A DNA stretch of 40,095 bases, taken from positions 1-40,095 of IMG/VR virus record IMGVR_UViG_2799112531_000001. The stretch is one strand, 5' to 3'. Shown one piece after another: positions 21,094-30,565 of the stretch. Within the stretch, counting starts at the first letter, position 1. Every line of letters begins with the position of its first letter. Source of the DNA: a virus. A program made the translations under genes and the position numbers. The notes beneath the pieces are model-generated. The model was not told where the DNA came from, did not search any database, and saw only the letters and a program-made list of their open reading frames with translations.

Positions 21094-21609
21094 ATGATGA
21101 AAGACTTATCCAAACTGAGCCTTGAAGAAACGAAAGACAAGGCATACATCAAGAGGCTGGAAAAAGAGAACCAAATGTTGAAGGAAGCCTTCGATATGTA
21201 CGGCGGCGATGTGGGTATCACTGCCGTTTACGTGGAGAGGAATCGGCTGAAAGAAGAAAACCGCGCACTCCGCACGGAGCTGACCACCAATCGCAGACCG
21301 GATACCAAGGCTAACGACCAGCAGGCCAAAGCCGACGCTGGCAAACCAAGGCTGACGTTGGTGCCGCCCAGGATCATTTGGGTCATTGCGGCGGTGAGAG
21401 AGTACGGGACAGCCAAATACAAGGACCCGGAAAACTGGTGGAAGGTTTCGCCTCAGAGATACCGGGACGCCGCCTTCCGGCACTTCATGAGGTATCTTGC
21501 AACGCCCCACGGTGTGGACGAGGAAAGCGGGTTGCCTCACCTGTGGCACCTGGCCTGCAACGTGGCGTTTCTGTGTGAATTGGAGGACGAGCCATGGCAA
21601 AACCGGTAA
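21094..21609 (+). CDS. Coiled-coil N-terminus fused to a DUF5664-like (dATP/dGTP diphosphohydrolase N-terminal-like) domain
   Basis: C-terminal KPRLTLVPP...AVREYGTAKYKDPENWWK...RDAAFRHFMRYL...DEESGLPHLWHLACNVAFLCEL matches the remembered DUF5664 pattern. Confidence 0.6.
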   Translation: MMKDLSKLSLEETKDKAYIKRLEKENQMLKEAFDMYGGDVGITAVYVERNRLKEENRALRTELTTNRRPDTKANDQQAKADAGKPRLTLVPPRIIWVIAAVREYGTAKYKDPENWWKVSPQRYRDAAFRHFMRYLATPHGVDEESGLPHLWHLACNVAFLCELEDEPWQNR

Positions 21610-21914
21610 ACCCCATGCTGGCCGGCATCGAGGCCAGGCACCAGCGGGACATTGCCCGCCAGCGCTCCTTCACCCTCCAACAGTGCTGCGACATGATGCT
21701 CATTGCCGCCAACGCCGCCTTCGGCTTCGGTCCGGACCGCCTCTCCAAGCTACAGGAAACCTACGAAGCGGTGTTCCTGGAATATGCGGAAATGGCCGTC
21801 TCTGACGGGGCGGACGACCCGGAGATCGTTTACACCCGGGCCAAGGTGGACCAAAAGCTGGAGCAGATATTGGGGGACCGGTTCGTCCCTTGGGAGGCGC
21901 GGTATGGAGCATAA
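21594..21914 (+). CDS. Hypothetical protein (106 aa)
   Basis: In the ORF track; overlaps its neighbours by 16 and 11 nt; protein-like. Confidence 0.6.
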   Translation: MAKPVNPMLAGIEARHQRDIARQRSFTLQQCCDMMLIAANAAFGFGPDRLSKLQETYEAVFLEYAEMAVSDGADDPEIVYTRAKVDQKLEQILGDRFVPWEARYGA

Positions 21915-22161
21915 GAGCAATCTCGGCAAAGCCCTGGTCCTTCTCCATGTCCTGGTGGACGAAACCAGAGAGGACGCGCCGATGACAAAGCGCCAGCTTT
22001 TGCGGCGCTGTGAGGACAAGGGGGGCTTCTACCTCCACCCGAAAACCTTTGACAGGTACATCCGGGATATGGCACAGGGCGGGATCGTCATCCGCCGGCG
22101 GGTGGATATTGGCAAGGAACGCAACGCCCAACTGTTCTGGTACGCGGATGGATGGATTTAA
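21904..22161 (+). CDS. Small winged-helix-like DNA-binding protein (85 aa), candidate late regulator
   Basis: ATG at 21904. MTKRQLLRRCEDKGGFYLHPKTFDRYIRDMAQGGIVIRRR resembles wHTH proteins. The functional role is inference only. Confidence 0.5.
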   Translation: MEHKSNLGKALVLLHVLVDETREDAPMTKRQLLRRCEDKGGFYLHPKTFDRYIRDMAQGGIVIRRRVDIGKERNAQLFWYADGWI

Positions 22162-22170
22162 GGAGGAACT

Positions 22171-22659
22171 ATGAACATACTGGCAATCGACCCCGGCAAC
22201 GTCCTTTCCGGCTGGTGCATCCTGGACGACAACACCCTGAAACCCCTGAACTTCGACAAGAGCCTGAACCAGGACCTTCTGGCTATCCTGAGCAATCAGG
22301 ACAGCATGACGCCCCCCGACGCCGTGGTCATTGAGCGGGTGGCCTCTTACGGGATGGCAGTAGGGAAGGAGGTCTTCCAGACCTGTGAATGGATCGGGCG
22401 CTTTACCCAGCGGGCCCAGGACCTTGGCCTTCCGGTGGGCTACGTCTACCGCCGGGAAGAGAAGGTCCACATCTGCGGCGACAGCAGGGCGAAGGACAGC
22501 AACATCCGCCAGGCCCTCATTGACAGGTTCGCCCAGCACGACCTGAAAAACGGCAAGGGCACAAAAAAGGACCCGGACTGGTTCTACGGCTTCCGGGCCG
22601 ATATCTGGATGGCCTACGCCGTGGGTCTCACCTACATAGAGCAGGACCGCCCCCACTGA
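22171..22659 (+). CDS. ruvC: RuvC-like Holliday junction resolvase
   Basis: MNILAIDPGNVLSGWCILDD (catalytic Asp motif). 162 aa, last gene of the early operon. Confidence 0.8.
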   Translation: MNILAIDPGNVLSGWCILDDNTLKPLNFDKSLNQDLLAILSNQDSMTPPDAVVIERVASYGMAVGKEVFQTCEWIGRFTQRAQDLGLPVGYVYRREEKVHICGDSRAKDSNIRQALIDRFAQHDLKNGKGTKKDPDWFYGFRADIWMAYAVGLTYIEQDRPH

Positions 22660-22680
22660 GGGGACGGTCCTGCTTTTGTT
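22641..22680. terminator. Convergent terminator between the early (+) and late (-) operons
   Basis: GCAGGACCGCCCC-actga-GGGGaCGGTCCTGC followed by TTTTGTT on the plus strand. Confidence 0.75.
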
Positions 22681-22684
22681 GGTG

Positions 22685-25600
22685 TCAGATGGCCCATTCC
22701 TTCCCATAAACATAGTAATACGCTTCCTCAAAAGATTTGTTGAAGGCCTTGCTTCCACGTTTGTTGTTCGTGTCCTTGAACGCAGAGGGCCATTCGTTCC
22801 TGGGAATACCAGATTGTTCGCAGGCTTTGAAGAATCCGTGATAGGACTGCTCGTTTGCAGCTACAGCCGACCTGAATGCGTCTATGTCCTCCTGAGGTGC
22901 GTCTCCCCAAATGGCGTTCGTCTCCTTCTTCTTCGTCTCCTCTTTCCCTTGTTTCTTCATGAAGGAATCGAAGGTTCTGTTGACGCCATTCTCCTTCCAG
23001 GCATTGTCTCCTCTGGCGGCCTGGATGCCGTCGAAGGCGGCCTTCTGCTGTTCGTAAGTGCCGCCCATGTTGAGGATCGCATCGTAAGCCTCCGCCTGGT
23101 TCATGCTGGCGAGGTTGCCTCCGCAGGCATCCATGAGGGAGGTCTGCATCTCGTTGGGCAGGGCGGAAATATACTTGTCGATATTTGCCTGAATCCTGGC
23201 CTTTTCATCCGCTTCGGCCTTGTACTCGTCATAGGTTTTACTTGTGCCGTTGTATATATCGAACAGAGCTTTCTGCTCGTTCTCAGACAGTCCGTTGGTT
23301 TTGGTCATGTCCTGGATACCGTCCCAGGCCTCTTCCGTCTTGACGGTGCCGTTGCCGTCTGCGTCGTACTTGGTATCCATCGTCAGACTGGCCCGCAGCA
23401 GAGCGGACACTTCAACGCTGTGCTCCGCTGCGGCGCTGTCCAGCTTTGCGATCCACTCTGGGACCTTGTCCGGATTCTCGCCGGCTGCCTGTTTGCCCTT
23501 CACCGTTGCATACTTCTCTAGTTTGCTCAAGTAATCTGCCTTGTCTGCGTCAGCTAGTTCCTTGTACTCATCGGAGTTGATAGCCTGCGTATAGAGGTCC
23601 TTCATGGTCTGGCCCTTCACGCTCTGGAGAAGGTTGAATTGCTCCATGCTCATAGGCTCGCCGTTGATTTTCGTGCTGGTTTTCTCAATGGTCGGGAATA
23701 CATTAAAATCGTTGTCATAGAGCCGTTGCAACTCTGCCTCTACTTCGCCGCCCTGTTCTTTCTTGATATAACCGGGGCTGATGAAGTTGGAGAAAATGCG
23801 GAGGGCCGGATTTCCGGTCATTTCCGGTTCGCCCCATGCGTTCAGATATTCCCGCTGGTGATACTCGCCAGGCAGCTTGTTGAAGGTCTTGCCAAGCAGG
23901 TATTGTATCTCGCTGGGAACCGCCGAATCCCGGTCTATCCAGGTGCTGTATCGCCGGTCCTCAAAGCTTCGCTCGATCTGCCCGCCGATGGTGGGAACAA
24001 ATTGGGTCAGGTACCCTGTGGCAAGCGTGCTGATGACTGACATGAATTTATTGTCTGCATAGCTCAGATTGTCCAGAAGGTCGTTGACCCCTTGCAGCAT
24101 GGACATTTCCAACATGGGATCAGAAATTCGCCGCAGGAAATTCCAAACGACATCTTTCCCTTTTTCTCCTACCCGAATGTCTTGTATCCCTTTTTGCAGC
24201 TCCACCCCCATAAAGAAGGGAATTGCTTCGGGTGCCAGCCAATCCAATGTGACGTTGTATCCCCCGGGAAGATTGAGGGCATAACTCTGTTTCCCTAAAA
24301 GCTGGTTAAACCTGTTCTGAGTGTCGTCCTCATCGTCGCCGGGAGTGACGATCCCCACCAGGCCCAAAACAGCGCCAAGACCCGCCAAGGCCGTTCCGGT
24401 CAGGCCGGAGGCCAGTTCGTCGATGCCCTGGGCCGCTGTCATTTCTCCCTTCCTGACCTTGATGCCCATATCTGCAATGCCTTTGATCAAGCCGATAGGA
24501 GAGTATTCGATCCCGCGTACCAGGACATTTGCCGGGGTCTTTTTGAAGGGAAGAAGGCCCTCTGTCAGGTAATGAACTCCTTTTTCAAAGGTTGTTTGGG
24601 GCGTTCCACCAAGCTTCTTCATGATAAACTGAGAGAACTGGTTCAGGTCCCGGTAAGTGGCCTTCTGCGCTTCTTCGATTGCGATGGCCTGAATCGCCTC
24701 TCTCGTCTGCGGAGAAAAGGCCGGGTCGGTGTATTCCTCTGCCGTGATTCCTCTGGCTTTCAGGACCCCCGCCAGACTGTCGGCATAAGTCCGCTTGGCA
24801 AAGAACACGTCGCCCTTCTCTAAGCCTGCGTTGGTCAGTTTCCGCCAGCCCTCAAATGGTTTGAATCGGAATATGGTTCGGTACTGGTCAATGTCGGAAA
24901 ACGTATCGTTGTACTTCCCGTTCCCCATAATGATTGATTCAACAGAATCATATTCCGCCAACCCGGCGTCATATCTTGCCTTGTCCGCCCTGGAAAGCCC
25001 TTTGAATTGCAGGCTTTTCGTCCGCTCTGACGGGTCAAGCCCCATCATCCGTTCCAGACCTGCGCCGATCATGTTCTTGGCGATTCGCACCGGTTGGAAG
25101 CCCAGGTTGCCAACGATATTTCGTATCTGTGTTCTGGGATTGCCCAACATTGCCATGTACCGCCAGGCGTCCAGCTTGTCCCCCAACGTGTTGGGAATTT
25201 GCTGAGCAATGGCTTTCTTGATTTCTGTCTCTATGGCAAGCTGTTCTTCCTCGGTCTGGGCCTCCATATACGCTTTGCCCAGGTCCTCCGGGATGGTGAT
25301 CCCGTCCCAATGCTCTGCGTCCAGCTTCTTATTCTGACGGATTTTATTTTCCAGCTTTTCCAGAGAAGACGCCAGGGAATAGAGCTTTCCGGTGGGTCCC
25401 AGCTTGTTGATGATATTGACGGCCTGTAAGACTTGACCGGCGGTTTTCCCGTACTCGATCATCTCGATTGCCAGGTCCATAGCCTCCACGATATGCCCAG
25501 AATTTGCGGCGTTGTTATACAGGACGATGCCCATAGTGGTCAGGTCCTTGCTCATCTTCCCGGCGTGAATGTCAGAGAGCCAGCTTTCCTTTGCACGCTG

Positions 25601-28600
25601 ATACCCCTGTTCGTTGATGATCCGTTCCGCCTCTGCTGTCGCCGCGCTGTCCGTATACGGAATGCGGGACAGTTGCCCGTTCCGTGCCATCTCTGCCAAC
25701 CCCCGGCTGATTTGATCCGGGGTCATACCGGCGTTGATAAGGGTGGAGGCGGTTTTACTGGTCAACTGCCCGAAGGGGTCCCGAACAGGGATGTCAACGG
25801 GGGCTCGTCCCCAATTCTCAGCTTCGGCTTCAACAGCCCGGTCGTTGATGGGGTGGAATTGGTCGGTGCCAAGCTGCCAGTCAGAGAGGGGATCAAACCC
25901 TCCCGGCGCAGCCCCCACGCTCCACTTCTCCCGAATCGCCCTCTCTTCCTCCAGCATCCGGGCAAGCTGCTCGTTGAAGAACTCCTGGTTGAAGCCGTCC
26001 GTCTCCGCTTCCTCCATAAGGATTTCCATGCGCTCCTGGAGGTCGGCCAGCTCCTCTTCCTCAGACTGGAAAGAAGATTCTGTGGTTTCCGCAAAATTCC
26101 CGTTGCTATTTTGATCCTGCTGTGGTATACTTGTTTCAGAATCGGAAGTTACTACGGTGCCTGACCCTTGGGTACGCCCGTCTGATGTAGCTTCCGGTTC
26201 TTTTTTTTCGCCATAAATTAGATCGCCGTTCTGGTCAACGACTTCATGTAAATAGTATTTGTTGCCTCGGCCTTTATACTCATTAACAATTACGCCAATT
26301 ATGCGCGGAGAACCCTTATACATTACTGGTCCGGCAAAGACATAAGAATCATACCCGCGTCCTTTCCAGTTAGGTTCAAAACCAATCTGATCTCCTTTGG
26401 AAATTACCTCTGGCACGCCTGCCATTAGTTCTATCTTTGCGTCACTTACTCCGTGGCCGATAAAACTGCTCTTTATTTTGTTTTTAGAAAACAAGACGTC
26501 GCCAAACCCAGGGCGCAACACGGACATGCCTATTCGGTTCAAGAAAGAAAACACTCGCTCAGTAGCTCGTCCTTCTTTTGGAATTTCAGTTCCGTCCAAA
26601 ACAGCAACAGGCTCCATGTTGTTCAAATCTTCGAGATTGTTTTGCAGATGTTCGACCAAAGCATCGAAATCGGTCCCCTTAGGATGGTGCGGCCTCTCGG
26701 GCTGTACTGCTTCCTCCGCCTCCGGCGGAGTATTTTTTAAGTTTTGACCGGTGGCAAGTGATCTACCCGATACGATTTGGATTTGATCGTCATTAAATGC
26801 AATATACACCCGATGCCTGGTATTATCCTTTTTATTGAATCTTCCTCCGCCGATATGGGTAATCCCGTCATAACCCAAATTGAATTGTAAAAAGTCACTG
26901 GCTGCCTCTTCACCTTGGAATTTATAATAACCTAGGTCGGCCAGATTCTCTTTCAGGGCTCGGAAACAGTCCTCGTTTGTTGGCTGTCCCTTCAGCTCTA
27001 GCAAATACGAGACGTCAAGGTCTTCGTTCTCTCGGAATGCTCCGATCCACTCCTCCATGTTGGCCGGAGCATCCATGTCAATGGGGTTACGAATGGAGAG
27101 ATATGCGGAATAGACACCCGGTTTCTGGCCCTTTCCTTTTTTTGTGTAGCTTTCAGCCACAGTCGGATCATCGGTAAAGTAGGAACCGTAGCCGAACAGC
27201 CCAAAACTGGAGCTGTATGGGTCAAAACGATCAAATCCATATTTGCTTGTGCCATGATACATAAGTTTCGGAGACCCGTCTGCCTGCACAACCCGGCTTC
27301 CATCAAACCATTTCTTAAATTCTTCCGATTCCTGATTCTGCCCCGCTTCCCACTCAGCCCGCAGCTCCTCTTCCGTCACCTCGCCCAGCTCCAGAGACAG
27401 CGCATTGTCCCGGAGAACCTGTTCAAAGGACCCCCGGGCCACGCCTCCGGCGATCCCTTCCTTGGTGCGGATGTAATCCTGATTCGCCCCGATCCGGGCG
27501 TCCGGATTCCCGCCAGCCTCCACCGGGGTATACCCGTTGGACAGCATATCGTCCAACGCCAGCTCCACCAGCTTGGCCGCCTTCACGTTCTCCTGGCCGT
27601 GGTCGCTGATGAGGGCGTCGCAGGCCTTGAGGATGTCTGTAGAGGACAGCCCCAGGTCGTGGAGCTTCCGCAGGGGCTCATTCCTCGCCATGAGAGTACC
27701 GGTCTTCCGCCCCAGAGCCCGGTCCTTGTTGGACCCCCGCACCGTCTGACGGCTGGCAAGGGAGGCCTCCACCTCTGTCTTGAGGGCCTGGGCCGCCTCC
27801 TGATAGAAGGGCTTGATCTCCGGGTGGTCCCACTGGAACGCCTTCACCTTCCGGTCCCCCAGCGCCCCGGCGTCCCGGTTGTCGATGTGGTTCTCCGGCT
27901 GACCGTACTGCCGAGACGTCGCACGGGCCGTTTCCTGGCCCTCTGCGGGCGTTTCCGTCCGGGTGGTCTCGGCTGCCTGCTCAGCACCGGGAACCGTCTG
28001 GGGCCGTCCTGCGGTCTCCTGCGGGGCCTCCTGCGCCGCGTTCTCCCTGCCTCCCCTTGCCAAGGGGAGGGGGACCGGCGAAGCCGGTGGAAGGGTGGAA
28101 ACGTCGCTGTCCCGCACCGCCTGAGCCTCCGGGCGCTCCTGTTCCGCTCTCTGCGCTTCTTCCGCCTGCCGCTGTGCCTGCTGTGCCTTCTCCTGCTCCA
28201 CCTGGGTCCGCTGTGCCTTCTGCATTTCCAACCCCACAAGCTGTTGCCGGAGTTGTTCCCCCTGGGCCTGGTGCTGGGCCAGCTCGTTCAAAAGATGCTT
28301 GTGCCAGGTGGGGTCCTGCTCGGTGAAGGTCATGCGATCAAGCAATTCGGTTGCCCGGTTCTTCCATGCCTCGATCTGATCCTGGATGGCGGCTTCCCGC
28401 TGGGCCAGCTCGTCCACCGTGGGGGTCACCCGGTCCATGGCGGCGGTGGTTCTGTCCGCCTGTTCGGTCTGCCCTCCGGTCCGTCCGCTTCTCCTCGCGC
28501 CGATCATCCCGGCCCCGGCTCCCATGCCGATGGAGGTCAGGGCGGAGATAGCCGCCGTGTCGAGAAGGTCCCGGGCGGTCAGGGAGGCGTTGGGGTCCTT

Positions 28601-30550
28601 GAAAGCCCGGTCCGCGCCGTATTCCAAAAGCTCGGACGCCTCCTCGGTGCCCACTTCCTCCAATGCCTGGGTCAGCAGATTTCGGGCAAAGGAATCCCCG
28701 CCCCCTCTTGCGATCCTGGTCAGGTTCCGCAGGGGGATCAGTTCGGTCCCGGCCTCGATGGCCCCGGAGAGAACGCCCCGTTCAAAGGCTTCGACAGGAT
28801 CAGCGCCCTGTCCTTCCAGGGCGCCCATTTCCCGGCCGGCGGCCTGGGCGCCCATAACGGCAAGGCTGGGGAGAGTAGCCCCGCCGGTGGCTGCCGCCGC
28901 CAGCAGGCCCGGGGCCATTTCGCCGCCGGTGATAAGGGCTTCCGTCAGATACCGTTCCAGTCCCCGCTGGCCCTCTGTGGCCTGTTCCCGGTACTGGTTG
29001 GACTGGTTCAGCAGCCGCTGAGACAAGGGCTGTTCTTCCCTTGCCTTTTCCAAAGCATACCGCAGCAGATTGGCTCTCGCCTGGGGGGAGGCGTTCTGAT
29101 ACCGCTCACTGGAAAGCAGGGCGGAGATTTTGTCCTCTGCCCTGGGCAGGGCCTCCGGTTCGGAGATATTGACCTCTCCGCCGCCCCGGATGTCCGACAG
29201 GGCTTGCAGGAAGTCCCGGTTCCGCGCCGCGTCGGCCCGGAGCGCCCGCCCGGTGGTTCCGGGGATAGAAAGAAAGGACCCGGCGATCCCCGTCCCGATG
29301 GCCTTCGGGATGGCTGCCGCCTGGTCCTGCTCCCTTTTCCGTTCCTCTGCCGTGCCGGCGTACCGCATCCGGCCTTCGCTGTCCGTCTCCCGGTAAGCCC
29401 CCCGGTCAAACCCTGCCTTCCGGAGGGTGGGGTCCCGTCGGATGGCTGCCCCCTGGGCGGCGTACCGGGCCCGTTCCTCGTCGGTCTGGGCGTTCTGATA
29501 CCCCAGCTTGGCCGCCCGGAGCCGGGTCAGGCCCTCTTTGGTCAGGCTGGCCCGGTCCTCCCGGGTGACCTCCGGGGTGTTGTGCTCGTTGCCCTTGTCG
29601 CCGCCGGAATAGCCGCCCCGGATACGCCGCCAGGTCTCCGCCCGCCGGTGGGCCTTCTCCATGCCCTCCGTGTCGCCTCTCCGCTTGGCCGCGTCGTAGT
29701 CCTGTTTTGCCAGCCGGATTTCATCCCGGTACTGCTGCCCCAGAGCGTTGTCATACCGGGAAAGGGTCTGCTGTTTCGCGCCCCGCTGCCGGGTCCGCTC
29801 CCTGATCCTGGCTGCCGCGTCCTTCACGCGGTCCGCGTCGGTCTGCTCCTTCTGCTTGACCGTCACGCCCACATTTCTGCCGAAGTTGGCATAAGAGCGG
29901 GAGTCCGCTTTCAGGGCAGAGAGGGGGTCCAGGGCGGTGGCGTCAATGATGTCCTTGTAGGGGACTTTTGTCCCGGTGAGGCCGTACCCTTGTCTCGACA
30001 GCTCCTCGTCCCGGACCATGCGGTCCAGCGCCGATTCCGTCAGAGTGGTCTTATACATCCCCGCCGGCGTGGCGGGGTTGTTCTCTTTGCGGCCTGCTTC
30101 GTGATACTTCTCCATGCCCAGCTCTTTCAGGATGCCGGACGGCTTCTGGGGGAGGTATCGGTTCCGGGCGATGTTCTCGCTTTGTACCGCCGACCTTGCG
30201 GCCACGTCCCGGACAAACCGGGTCCTGTCGAAGGTGCCCTGCATCGCCTTTTCGGTCTGGGCGGCCCGCTTCACCTGGGGCTTGCCTGCCACCGTCTTGG
30301 TCGCCTGCTTTCCCACCCGCTTGGCAGGGGTGGCGCTCCCGGTCTTAACGGCCTTTGCGGCCTTCTGGCTCACCTTCTTCGCGGCGGTCTGGGCCGCTGG
30401 CTTCCCGTTGCGGCGGGTGTCCGTGCTCTTTGTGCCGGCCCTGGTGTTGGTCTTTGCGGTCTGGGCCGGCTTCTGCGCGGCGGTCTTCGCCCTGTTGGCG
30501 GTGGTCTGCGCCGTCTGTTTTAACTTGTCCTTCATCGTGGAAATCGACAT
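22685..30550 (-). CDS. Giant 2621-aa virion/ejection-type polyvalent protein
   Basis: Last gene of the structural operon, RBS AAGGCGGTGA. Contains an N-terminal K/A/T-rich basic tract, Gly/Ala-rich hydrophobic segments, central ART-like and second effector-like domains, and a large alpha-helical C-terminal half. Confidence 0.85.
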   Translation of the reverse strand: MSISTMKDKLKQTAQTTANRAKTAAQKPAQTAKTNTRAGTKSTDTRRNGKPAAQTAAKKVSQKAAKAVKTGSATPAKRVGKQATKTVAGKPQVKRAAQTEKAMQGTFDRTRFVRDVAARSAVQSENIARNRYLPQKPSGILKELGMEKYHEAGRKENNPATPAGMYKTTLTESALDRMVRDEELSRQGYGLTGTKVPYKDIIDATALDPLSALKADSRSYANFGRNVGVTVKQKEQTDADRVKDAAARIRERTRQRGAKQQTLSRYDNALGQQYRDEIRLAKQDYDAAKRRGDTEGMEKAHRRAETWRRIRGGYSGGDKGNEHNTPEVTREDRASLTKEGLTRLRAAKLGYQNAQTDEERARYAAQGAAIRRDPTLRKAGFDRGAYRETDSEGRMRYAGTAEERKREQDQAAAIPKAIGTGIAGSFLSIPGTTGRALRADAARNRDFLQALSDIRGGGEVNISEPEALPRAEDKISALLSSERYQNASPQARANLLRYALEKAREEQPLSQRLLNQSNQYREQATEGQRGLERYLTEALITGGEMAPGLLAAAATGGATLPSLAVMGAQAAGREMGALEGQGADPVEAFERGVLSGAIEAGTELIPLRNLTRIARGGGDSFARNLLTQALEEVGTEEASELLEYGADRAFKDPNASLTARDLLDTAAISALTSIGMGAGAGMIGARRSGRTGGQTEQADRTTAAMDRVTPTVDELAQREAAIQDQIEAWKNRATELLDRMTFTEQDPTWHKHLLNELAQHQAQGEQLRQQLVGLEMQKAQRTQVEQEKAQQAQRQAEEAQRAEQERPEAQAVRDSDVSTLPPASPVPLPLARGGRENAAQEAPQETAGRPQTVPGAEQAAETTRTETPAEGQETARATSRQYGQPENHIDNRDAGALGDRKVKAFQWDHPEIKPFYQEAAQALKTEVEASLASRQTVRGSNKDRALGRKTGTLMARNEPLRKLHDLGLSSTDILKACDALISDHGQENVKAAKLVELALDDMLSNGYTPVEAGGNPDARIGANQDYIRTKEGIAGGVARGSFEQVLRDNALSLELGEVTEEELRAEWEAGQNQESEEFKKWFDGSRVVQADGSPKLMYHGTSKYGFDRFDPYSSSFGLFGYGSYFTDDPTVAESYTKKGKGQKPGVYSAYLSIRNPIDMDAPANMEEWIGAFRENEDLDVSYLLELKGQPTNEDCFRALKENLADLGYYKFQGEEAASDFLQFNLGYDGITHIGGGRFNKKDNTRHRVYIAFNDDQIQIVSGRSLATGQNLKNTPPEAEEAVQPERPHHPKGTDFDALVEHLQNNLEDLNNMEPVAVLDGTEIPKEGRATERVFSFLNRIGMSVLRPGFGDVLFSKNKIKSSFIGHGVSDAKIELMAGVPEVISKGDQIGFEPNWKGRGYDSYVFAGPVMYKGSPRIIGVIVNEYKGRGNKYYLHEVVDQNGDLIYGEKKEPEATSDGRTQGSGTVVTSDSETSIPQQDQNSNGNFAETTESSFQSEEEELADLQERMEILMEEAETDGFNQEFFNEQLARMLEEERAIREKWSVGAAPGGFDPLSDWQLGTDQFHPINDRAVEAEAENWGRAPVDIPVRDPFGQLTSKTASTLINAGMTPDQISRGLAEMARNGQLSRIPYTDSAATAEAERIINEQGYQRAKESWLSDIHAGKMSKDLTTMGIVLYNNAANSGHIVEAMDLAIEMIEYGKTAGQVLQAVNIINKLGPTGKLYSLASSLEKLENKIRQNKKLDAEHWDGITIPEDLGKAYMEAQTEEEQLAIETEIKKAIAQQIPNTLGDKLDAWRYMAMLGNPRTQIRNIVGNLGFQPVRIAKNMIGAGLERMMGLDPSERTKSLQFKGLSRADKARYDAGLAEYDSVESIIMGNGKYNDTFSDIDQYRTIFRFKPFEGWRKLTNAGLEKGDVFFAKRTYADSLAGVLKARGITAEEYTDPAFSPQTREAIQAIAIEEAQKATYRDLNQFSQFIMKKLGGTPQTTFEKGVHYLTEGLLPFKKTPANVLVRGIEYSPIGLIKGIADMGIKVRKGEMTAAQGIDELASGLTGTALAGLGAVLGLVGIVTPGDDEDDTQNRFNQLLGKQSYALNLPGGYNVTLDWLAPEAIPFFMGVELQKGIQDIRVGEKGKDVVWNFLRRISDPMLEMSMLQGVNDLLDNLSYADNKFMSVISTLATGYLTQFVPTIGGQIERSFEDRRYSTWIDRDSAVPSEIQYLLGKTFNKLPGEYHQREYLNAWGEPEMTGNPALRIFSNFISPGYIKKEQGGEVEAELQRLYDNDFNVFPTIEKTSTKINGEPMSMEQFNLLQSVKGQTMKDLYTQAINSDEYKELADADKADYLSKLEKYATVKGKQAAGENPDKVPEWIAKLDSAAAEHSVEVSALLRASLTMDTKYDADGNGTVKTEEAWDGIQDMTKTNGLSENEQKALFDIYNGTSKTYDEYKAEADEKARIQANIDKYISALPNEMQTSLMDACGGNLASMNQAEAYDAILNMGGTYEQQKAAFDGIQAARGDNAWKENGVNRTFDSFMKKQGKEETKKKETNAIWGDAPQEDIDAFRSAVAANEQSYHGFFKACEQSGIPRNEWPSAFKDTNNKRGSKAFNKSFEEAYYYVYGKEWAI
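26216..26608 (-). other. Second effector-like domain, aa about 1315-1445 (possible PBECR/LPD-type)
   Basis: ...SSFIGHGVSDAKIELMAGVPEVISKGDQIGFEPNWKGRGYDSYVFAGPVMYKGSPRIIGVIVNEYKGRGNKYYLHEVVD. Assignment is tentative. Confidence 0.35.
26771..27319 (-). other. ART-like (ADP-ribosyltransferase of polyvalent proteins-like) domain, aa about 1078-1260
   Basis: FKKWFDGSRVVQADGSPKLMYHGTSKYGFDRFD...FGYGSYFTDDPTVAESY matches the remembered ART-PolyVal signature. No HMM run. Confidence 0.55.
30251..30550 (-). other. Basic low-complexity (histone H1-like, AKxA/KT-rich) N-terminal tract of the giant protein
   Basis: aa 1-100: ...KTAAQKPAQTAKTNTRAGTKSTDTRRNGKPAAQTAAKKVSQKAAKAVKTGSATPAKRVGKQATKTVAGKPQVKRAAQ. 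Confidence 0.7.
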
Positions 30551-30565
30551 AGGATCACCGCCTTA

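Noticed and set aside
27254-30523. 1089-aa plus-strand ORF, with similar long ORFs at 34894..37635, 2827..4542, 33468..35006, 1304..2647, 31193..32227, 37761..38807 and 38638..39468
   Set aside because: All lie antisense to well-supported minus-strand genes in very GC-rich DNA. Their translations are R/G/P/L/V-rich and low-complexity, and they lack RBS and start context. These are typical shadow ORFs of high-GC sequence.
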